From Bdellovibrionales bacterium (GTDB lineage: Bacteria > Bdellovibrionota > Bdellovibrionia > Bdellovibrionales > UBA1609): a DNA stretch of 12,900 bases. Of this stretch, positions 7,280-12,900 are shown piece by piece (position 1 is the first letter of the stretch; each line of letters opens with the position of its first letter). The stretch is from contig JBFWVI010000071.1 in NCBI GenBank assembly GCA_050246815.1, positions 1-12,900 of the forward strand, given 5' to 3'. The position numbers were made by a program, and so were the translations under genes. The notes beneath the pieces were generated by a model. That model worked only from the letters and a program-made list of their open reading frames with translations, made no database searches and had not been told where the DNA came from.

Positions 7280-7691
7280 AGCCGCAAAACGCCTGCCATG
7301 GCCAAGGCTGACAATAGCCGCAAGGCGAGCTTTGGATCATGCTTATTCACCCTACTCAAAAAAACGGGTCTCTTGTGCGATTTTAACCGAAGACGGACAT
7401 ATTTTTTCGGGCTGCAATGTTGAGAATGCCTCTTATGGAGCAACAATTTGCGCGGAACGCACCGCAATTGCAAAAGCCGTTAGCGAGGGTGCCAAGCAAA
7501 TCCGTGCTGTTGTCGTGATGAATGCCGGTTCAGAACCTTGGGCCCCTTGTGGCATATGTCGCCAGGTGATTTTAGAATTCGCTCAACCAGAGACCCCTGT
7601 GCGCATGTTGAGCATCAAGGGCCGAACACTCGACTCGACCGTCGGGGAGCTTTGCCCCTATTCTTTTTCACCTGAGCAGATGAAACGCTAA
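7275..7691 (+). CDS. cdd: Cytidine deaminase, homotetrameric type (start uncertain: ATT 7275, CTG 7293 or TTG 7332)
   Basis: AYSPYS, GCNVENASYG, ICAERTA and PCGICRQ (three-Cys zinc ligation). The reading frame is open from 7272. Confidence 0.92.
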   Translation: MKAAKRLPWPRLTIAARRALDHAYSPYSKKRVSCAILTEDGHIFSGCNVENASYGATICAERTAIAKAVSEGAKQIRAVVVMNAGSEPWAPCGICRQVILEFAQPETPVRMLSIKGRTLDSTVGELCPYSFSPEQMKR

Positions 7692-7696
7692 GGGCT

Positions 7697-8224
7697 TCAG
7701 ATCTTTAGCAGTGCGTGATAAGGGAAATTCAATTTCTGCCCACCCCGAAGCGCGGTTAACTCCATCATAAAGCAACTACCCAAAACCTTGGCACCTGCTT
7801 TGACCACCAAACTCTCTGCCGCATGAGCTGTTCCGCCCGTGGCTAAGACATCATCGATGATCGTGACCTTGTCATGGGGGCCAAGTGCTGAAGTGTGCAC
7901 CTGCAAGGTTGCCGCACTATACTCGAGTTCGTAGTTCACCGAAATAGTGGCACGAGGCAACTTACCCGGCTTACGAGCCAATACAATGCCGGCATCAACA
8001 TATTGAGCCAATGCGGCTGCCAAAATAAACCCCCGGCTTTCAATGGCCAGTAACTTGGTGGTGCCAGGAAAAACATGTTCGCGCATATGTTGGGCCAATG
8101 AACGAAAGGCTTCGCCGTTTTCCATAATTGGTGTGATATCCTTGAACATCACACCCGAACGAGGGAAATCGGGCACATTTTGAATCAATTCGGCAATTTG
8201 TGGAACCGACCAACGCGCGTTCAT
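7697..8224 (-). CDS. apt: Adenine phosphoribosyltransferase
   Basis: VPDFP..GVMFKDITP, IESRGF, RKPGKLP, YELEY and PRPP motif IIDDVLATGGT. ATGA overlap with the upstream gene at 8221-8224. Confidence 0.96.
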   Translation of the reverse strand: MNARWSVPQIAELIQNVPDFPRSGVMFKDITPIMENGEAFRSLAQHMREHVFPGTTKLLAIESRGFILAAALAQYVDAGIVLARKPGKLPRATISVNYELEYSAATLQVHTSALGPHDKVTIIDDVLATGGTAHAAESLVVKAGAKVLGSCFMMELTALRGGQKLNFPYHALLKI

Positions 8225-8607
8225 TCAAATGTCCATTTCTTAAAGCCCTTTTTCTCGGCTTTACTTAAGTCCGCTTCGGATATTTCGTAGATATTGGCCA
8301 CACCAGAATTAGAGCCACAGACTTGGATATGCATCAACCCATCCGGGCGTTTTTGGCTTGAGAAAACCTGTATGCCTTTCAGCTCTTGCGCCATGGCCTC
8401 AACCGAGATGGGCTTACCCTGGCCACACTGAAGACTTCCGTCATACTTGTACACTTTAATGCGGCGCTTGTTAGCCCCACCGCTCACGGTCTCTTCAGCT
8501 CCGGGGGCGACGGCCACAGGTGTGGCGATATCTGGGGGGCGACGGCAATGGTGCTGGGCGCAGCCCACACTTATCGCAAAGGCGGCCAAAATCCATGTTT
8601 TCTTCAT
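8221..8607 (-). CDS. Small uncharacterised lipoprotein, 128 aa
   Basis: ATG at 8607 with GGAG RBS. MKKTWILAAFAISVG|C lipobox, a Pro/Ala linker, then a compact domain with GSLQC and QVCG. ATGA overlaps with both neighbours. Confidence 0.85.
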   Translation of the reverse strand: MKKTWILAAFAISVGCAQHHCRRPPDIATPVAVAPGAEETVSGGANKRRIKVYKYDGSLQCGQGKPISVEAMAQELKGIQVFSSQKRPDGLMHIQVCGSNSGVANIYEISEADLSKAEKKGFKKWTFE

Positions 8608-9746
8608 AAGGTCTCCCAGGGCCATAACTGAGCCCAACGTCGCCAAGTCATACGCAGCGAATAAAGATTCGCGCCAGACGACATAAAATAGACTTCCCCT
8701 TTGCCATCGTCCACAACAGGCTGAGCTGTGACTCCCCAGCCAGGTGAAAACGAGGCCAATATCTGGCCGCTTCTTTGGTCTAAGAATAACAGATCGCCAC
8801 GCATTTCACCGACCAGCACCATATCACGATAAATTGTTGGCTGAACCGCGATCCCCCCGGGGTTGCTGAAGCTCCAGATGACTTTGCCGGAGTCTTTGTC
8901 CACCGCTAAAGTCCGCCCCGTTGAAGTGGAGTAGTAGAGTTGTGAACCCTTCAAAGTGACCGCGGACTCGCCCCCATCGTCAATCGTCCAAATCACTCGA
9001 CCATCGGTACGATTCAAACAATAAAGTGCGCCGTCATAACTGCTGACATAAATACGATCGCCGGCCACAACGGGGTGGGCGTCCACATCGCGAAAGCGTT
9101 TATTGCGATTAAGAGATGCCTCCCACATTAAGGTTCCACTTTGCTTTTTGACCGCGACTAAGTACCCATCGCTAAAGCCCACATAAACCGTATCCCCAAC
9201 CACATTCGGGCGAGAGCCACCACGAATCGAAAGATTCGACGAATCGCGACGAGTGTAAACCCACAACAATTTGCCCGTTTTGATTTCCAAAGCATGCAAA
9301 ACGTTGTTACCCGCTAAAAAATAAACCACACCGTCCAATGCAAAAGGAATACCCAGGCCTTCCGTTCGGATTGGGTAAGTCCAGCGCACATCACCATTTT
9401 GTGCATTGACGTTGTAAAAGAATCCGTCACTGGCCCCGAAAAGCAAATCATCGCCGACTAGCACAGCCCCGGCCTCTACCCCATTTTTAATTGGTAAATG
9501 CCAGCGGCGATGGGCCGAGCCCCGTTCATAGGCCACAACGCCATCGATGGCGTTAGCTTCAATAATCAGACGATCCCCAACCAGGGGAGGAAACCGATGT
9601 TGACGAATCGCACCCAGATGCTCTTTTTGCAAAGTGTTTCGCACCCAACGTTTTTCGACAAAAAAACGATTGCTGGCCTTGGGCCCCAGTGAGGAACACG
9701 CCGTCGTCAGCAAGAGGAGCAAAACAACCCAGGTGCATTTTATCAT
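8604..9746 (-). CDS. bamB: BamB-like PQQ beta-propeller outer-membrane lipoprotein
   Basis: Lipobox LLTTA|C, repeated propeller motifs (G..yal...tG..lW), BamB-like RFRDVDAHP, and position directly after a yfgM-like gene. Confidence 0.82.
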   Translation of the reverse strand: MIKCTWVVLLLLLTTACSSLGPKASNRFFVEKRWVRNTLQKEHLGAIRQHRFPPLVGDRLIIEANAIDGVVAYERGSAHRRWHLPIKNGVEAGAVLVGDDLLFGASDGFFYNVNAQNGDVRWTYPIRTEGLGIPFALDGVVYFLAGNNVLHALEIKTGKLLWVYTRRDSSNLSIRGGSRPNVVGDTVYVGFSDGYLVAVKKQSGTLMWEASLNRNKRFRDVDAHPVVAGDRIYVSSYDGALYCLNRTDGRVIWTIDDGGESAVTLKGSQLYYSTSTGRTLAVDKDSGKVIWSFSNPGGIAVQPTIYRDMVLVGEMRGDLLFLDQRSGQILASFSPGWGVTAQPVVDDGKGEVYFMSSGANLYSLRMTWRRWAQLWPWETL

Positions 9747-9751
9747 TCGAG

Positions 9752-10558
9752 TTAACCTTTTGGTGTGGGCTGCAGTTCCAGCAATCGCAAATACCCCTTG
9801 GCAGCACGGGCCGATTCGGTTTCTCCGAATTCAGTGCTCACACGAATGTAGGTTTCTTTAGCGCGGTCAAATTGTTTCAAGCGCTCATAACACACGCCGA
9901 TTTTCAACAAAGCTGTGGAGTGTAAAAAGTCGACCTCTTTATTTTGCACGATCTTCTCAAAATCCCCGATGGCCCGTTCAAAATCACCCTTTTCCATAGC
10001 CAAAGTCGCCCGTTGGGCTTGCAGCAAGGCCGTTAATGTGCCACTACCGCCACCACCTAGTTGTTCAAGTAAGGCTGCGGCCGCATCGGCCCTATTGTTG
10101 TTTAGATAAAGGCCCGCCAGATTGATCGCGGCCACAACCGCGGCCTTTGAATTTTTGTCACTTAAAATGGCTTTCTCTAAAGCTGCAGCTGATGCGGCGT
10201 AGGTGGCCTCGAAATCCACTTTCGGCGGCTCGGGTGGCTGGGCTGGCATTTTTTGTTTTTTTGCCGCAAACTCTTCGGCCATTTTTTGCAAACGGTCGCT
10301 TTCGGTTTTGCGGACCTCGTCTTGCTTTTGATTCAAGGCGGCTTCGGCCATGTATATGCGGCTGGCGGCTTTTCGCTCATTCCAACTTTGCATCTGATCG
10401 TAACCCAGATAACCAAGACCGCCCAACAAGACGACCCCAAGAACCGACCCCAGCACGACAGAATTGTCTTCAATCCATTTCAGCAATTTTTCGGAGGTTG
10501 ATAAAAAAACGTCAGGAGTGCGGGCGTCGATTTCGATTTGTTTTTTTTTGCTCGTCAT
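9752..10558 (-). CDS. yfgM: YfgM-like membrane-anchored TPR protein (ancillary SecYEG translocon subunit)
   Basis: Single N-terminal TM helix (VVLGSVLGVVLLGGLGYLGY) followed by helical TPR repeats, in yfgM-bamB gene order. Confidence 0.75.
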   Translation of the reverse strand: MTSKKKQIEIDARTPDVFLSTSEKLLKWIEDNSVVLGSVLGVVLLGGLGYLGYDQMQSWNERKAASRIYMAEAALNQKQDEVRKTESDRLQKMAEEFAAKKQKMPAQPPEPPKVDFEATYAASAAALEKAILSDKNSKAAVVAAINLAGLYLNNNRADAAAALLEQLGGGGSGTLTALLQAQRATLAMEKGDFERAIGDFEKIVQNKEVDFLHSTALLKIGVCYERLKQFDRAKETYIRVSTEFGETESARAAKGYLRLLELQPTPKG

Positions 10559-10573
10559 GTCCGGTACATCCTT

Positions 10574-11692
10574 TTATTTGCGGTTGGTCATTTCTTTAAG
10601 GGTTGAGAATGGTCGCGATGTGCGACCTTGATGATGCTGCCTCAACCCCCCAATGGCTTTGATGCGCGCCTCGGCCAACCGATCAGCCGCTTTGTGCGTG
10701 GTGATCTTTTCAGTTTTGGCGATCTTGAACACGGTCATCAGATTATCATAAACAGCTTTAGTTTTGTCAAAAGCACGGTCAGGCGAATAACCTTCAAGCT
10801 CGACGAACACATTCATCAAGCCTCCAGAATTGATCACGTAATCCGGGGCATACAGAATGCCCAGTTCCATTAAAGCATCGCCATGGCGGGTTTCAGCCAG
10901 TTGATTGTTGGCGCCACCAGCTATGATCTTGCATTTTAAATTGCCAATGGTGCGATCATTAATCACCGCGCCCAATGCACAAGGGGCAAACACATCACAC
11001 TCGCTCATGACGATGGTTTCAGGGTCCAAGGCTTTGAGTGAGTGTTTGGTGGTGATTTTCTTAACCCTTTCCGGATCGATATCGGCCACCGTTACTTGCG
11101 CGCCTTCTTTGACCAAATACTCCACAAGATTCGAACCGACGTTACCTAGGCCTTGCACGGCGATGCGCACCCCTTGAAGGGAGTCTGTGTGAAGCTTTTC
11201 TTTCACCGAAGCCTTGATGCCCATCAAAACACCGTGCGCGGTATAAGGCGACGGATCCCCTGAACCCCCCAGGGATTTTGGAATGCCGGTTACAAAGGGT
11301 GTTTCCATGAAAACGTATTCCATGTCATTCACCGACGTTCCGACATCTTCGGCCGTGATGTATTTGCCCTGCAGTGAATTAATATAGGCGCCAAAGGCTC
11401 GAAAAAGGCCTTCGGTTTTATGTTTTTTTGAGTCGCCAATGATGACGGCCTTACCCCCACCCAGGTTTAGACCGGCCGCTGCCGCTTTGTAGGTCATACC
11501 TTTAGAAAGACGCAGAACATCAATCAAGGCCTCTTCTTCGGAAGCATAAGGCCACATACGGGTACCACCCAAGGCCGGCCCCAACGTGGTGTTATGGATT
11601 GCGATGATCGCTTTAAGACCAACTTCTTTATTGTGGCAGAAAATAACTTCTTCGTGCTCGCCGTGTTTTTCGATGAGTTCAAAGGTAAGCAA
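10574..11692 (-). CDS. ldh: Leucine dehydrogenase (Glu/Leu/Phe/Val dehydrogenase family)
   Basis: LGPALGGTRM, LSKGMTYK, LGGGKAVI, YITAEDVGT, GDPSPYTA, QGLGNVG, APCALG, GGANNQL and YAPDYVINSGG motifs. TTG start with GGAGG RBS. Confidence 0.93.
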   Translation of the reverse strand: MLTFELIEKHGEHEEVIFCHNKEVGLKAIIAIHNTTLGPALGGTRMWPYASEEEALIDVLRLSKGMTYKAAAAGLNLGGGKAVIIGDSKKHKTEGLFRAFGAYINSLQGKYITAEDVGTSVNDMEYVFMETPFVTGIPKSLGGSGDPSPYTAHGVLMGIKASVKEKLHTDSLQGVRIAVQGLGNVGSNLVEYLVKEGAQVTVADIDPERVKKITTKHSLKALDPETIVMSECDVFAPCALGAVINDRTIGNLKCKIIAGGANNQLAETRHGDALMELGILYAPDYVINSGGLMNVFVELEGYSPDRAFDKTKAVYDNLMTVFKIAKTEKITTHKAADRLAEARIKAIGGLRQHHQGRTSRPFSTLKEMTNRK

Positions 11693-11716
11693 AATGGACC
11701 TCCGTGGAGACCCATG

Positions 11717-11746
11717 ACTTTATGTGGCGCCCAAGCGACCGGGCAA
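11717..11746 (-). promoter_or_regulatory. Candidate sigma70 promoter of the ldh-yfgM-bamB operon
   Basis: TTGCCC-N18-TAAAGT on the - strand, between the terminator and the ldh RBS. Confidence 0.3.
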
Positions 11747-11775
11747 GGAAAAAGTCCCGTTTAAAACGGGACTTT
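11745..11775 (-). terminator. Rho-independent terminator after the Gly-rich gene
   Basis: Perfect 12-bp inverted repeat AAAGTCCCGTTT/AAACGGGACTTT (11751-11775). On the - strand the stem runs into TTTTTCCTT, starting about 22 nt after the stop at 11798. Confidence 0.8.
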
Positions 11776-11797
11776 CGACGCTATGAATTGATGTTTT

Positions 11798-12900
11798 TTA
11801 ACGACAACCCGGGTTCCAACCGCCGCTCGGAGTGAAAATTTGACCGTTCTTAGCCCCGTAGGTCGTATTGGCAGCCACCGGGCCCACCCCGCCATTGACA
11901 AAACTGCTGCCGGTGCCGCTATCCGTGCAAATATACTTGGTGATTAAACCACCACCGCCGCCACCTGCGCCCGTGGTTCCACCAGTTGCGGCAGCACCAC
12001 TTGCATCAAAATTGAGTGGACCAGTTAAACGCTCGCCCACCAACACGATACTGCCACCACCACCACCACCATAGTTGCCGCTTGCGCCCATGTTGCCGAA
12101 GGCATTCAAAGCCGAGCCCGAACTCGCATTGGTGTAGCGAGCGGCCACAAACAAAATACCGCCGCCAGTACCACCAGCACCACCACCACCGCCGCCAGGC
12201 AGGGCCATAAAGTCACCGCCACCCGAATTGCTGCCAATGGGCGCCATTCCACCCGCCCCGGCGTCCGGTAACGTTAAAGCTCCAAAACCCACGCCGCCAT
12301 CAGCCGTGGGTCCCGCTCCACCACCAGAGCCAAAACTTGAATAGGCTCCACCGCTATTGCCTGAAACCACAGAAATGGCTGAGTCTCCACGATGCCCCGC
12401 ACCAGCATAACCGGCCGAGCCACTTGGGTAACCTGTAGCCGCCACGCTAATAGAGACACCGCCGCTGATATTTAACTCGCTTGCAACGCGAAGCGGCAAT
12501 ATGCCCCCACCACCACCTGCATAGTTTAAGGCTGACGGCCAGATGGACCCCGTCAGGGTCAGGCTGCGATAGTGCAAGACCTTGGTGGCTTGCACAAAAC
12601 AGAAGTTGCTGGTGCTGGTATCTTGCCACAAATAAGTGTTGCTTAAGACATCAGCAAAGGTGCCTTTGTTGATTTTCATTGAGGTTGAAGTCGCATCAAA
12701 AGCACGAACAAAAGCTTTTAGCCCCGGCTGAATCGCCTGCCCCTGCCAAGTGCCACAGTCGTCACTGGCTCCCGTACCCAGAACTGTCAGCAGGATTTCA
12801 GACCCTACGTCACCGGCCGTGAACTCTTCTGGTATGCCGTTACTAGAAAGCGAAAGCACCGTGTAGTACTCGCTCGTGGCCGCGTCCACTGCCGTGGCGC
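11798..12900 (-). CDS. C-terminal part of a Gly-rich, probably surface-exposed adhesin-like protein (5' end outside the window)
   Basis: The frame is open to the window edge (..ATAVDAATSEYY..). It is G/S/T/A-rich, with repeated GGGGG runs each followed by a short beta-strand (GGGILFVAA, GGGGGGSIVLVG, GGGGGGLITKY), and four Cys. Confidence 0.82.
   Translation of the reverse strand, partial: ATAVDAATSEYYTVLSLSSNGIPEEFTAGDVGSEILLTVLGTGASDDCGTWQGQAIQPGLKAFVRAFDATSTSMKINKGTFADVLSNTYLWQDTSTSNFCFVQATKVLHYRSLTLTGSIWPSALNYAGGGGGILPLRVASELNISGGVSISVAATGYPSGSAGYAGAGHRGDSAISVVSGNSGGAYSSFGSGGGAGPTADGGVGFGALTLPDAGAGGMAPIGSNSGGGDFMALPGGGGGGAGGTGGGILFVAARYTNASSGSALNAFGNMGASGNYGGGGGGSIVLVGERLTGPLNFDASGAAATGGTTGAGGGGGGLITKYICTDSGTGSSFVNGGVGPVAANTTYGAKNGQIFTPSGGWNPGCR

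Noticed and set aside
4338..7691. Pycsar/CBASS-type defence system (cNMP-TM effector plus deaminase)
   Set aside because: No cyclase or CD-NTase gene is present, the deaminase is an ordinary salvage Cdd, and the context is housekeeping.
8604..9746. PQQ-dependent dehydrogenase
   Set aside because: Too short, no adjacent Cys-Cys motif; the lipobox and the yfgM neighbour favour BamB.
10541..10549. T9 run (A9 in the yfgM coding strand) as a phase-variation site
   Set aside because: It encodes KKK in frame in a basic N-terminus of a housekeeping gene, with no sign of a frameshift.
921..11715. Other short ORFs in the track (e.g. 1212..1577, 5594..5947, 6549..6962, 10147..10599)
   Set aside because: They overlap well-supported genes in other frames or strands and show no recognisable motifs.
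11868..12672. Poly-Pro and poly-His ORFs and CCA/CCG runs on the + strand
   Set aside because: These are the reverse complement of Gly codons in the Gly-rich gene, not separate genes, microsatellites or a CRISPR array.

Overview
Gene-dense bacterial chromosomal segment, most likely from a Bdellovibrionota-like predator. That assignment is inferred from gene content and protein style and was not verified. Left to right: a partial lipoprotein gene (-) divergent from a secreted orphan gene (+); rlmE, a Cys-rich secreted orphan and an isoaspartyl peptidase/L-asparaginase (all -); a tightly coupled + strand cluster of PilZ protein, membrane protein with two cNMP-binding domains, exported M14 (MpaA-like) peptidase and cytidine deaminase; a convergent - strand operon ldh-yfgM-bamB-lipoprotein-apt; an intrinsic terminator; and the C-terminus of a Gly-rich adhesin-like protein. 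I saw no RNA genes, mobile elements or CRISPR arrays. The best candidate for an undescribed system is the PilZ gene coupled to the 681-aa protein. That protein looks like a PqqD/RRE-like winged helix, a catalytically dead M50 (site-2 protease-like) membrane domain and tandem cNMP domains. The pair lies behind a sigma28-like promoter, suggesting a c-di-GMP/cNMP-integrating membrane sensor. All family calls come from motif recognition by eye; no searches were run.
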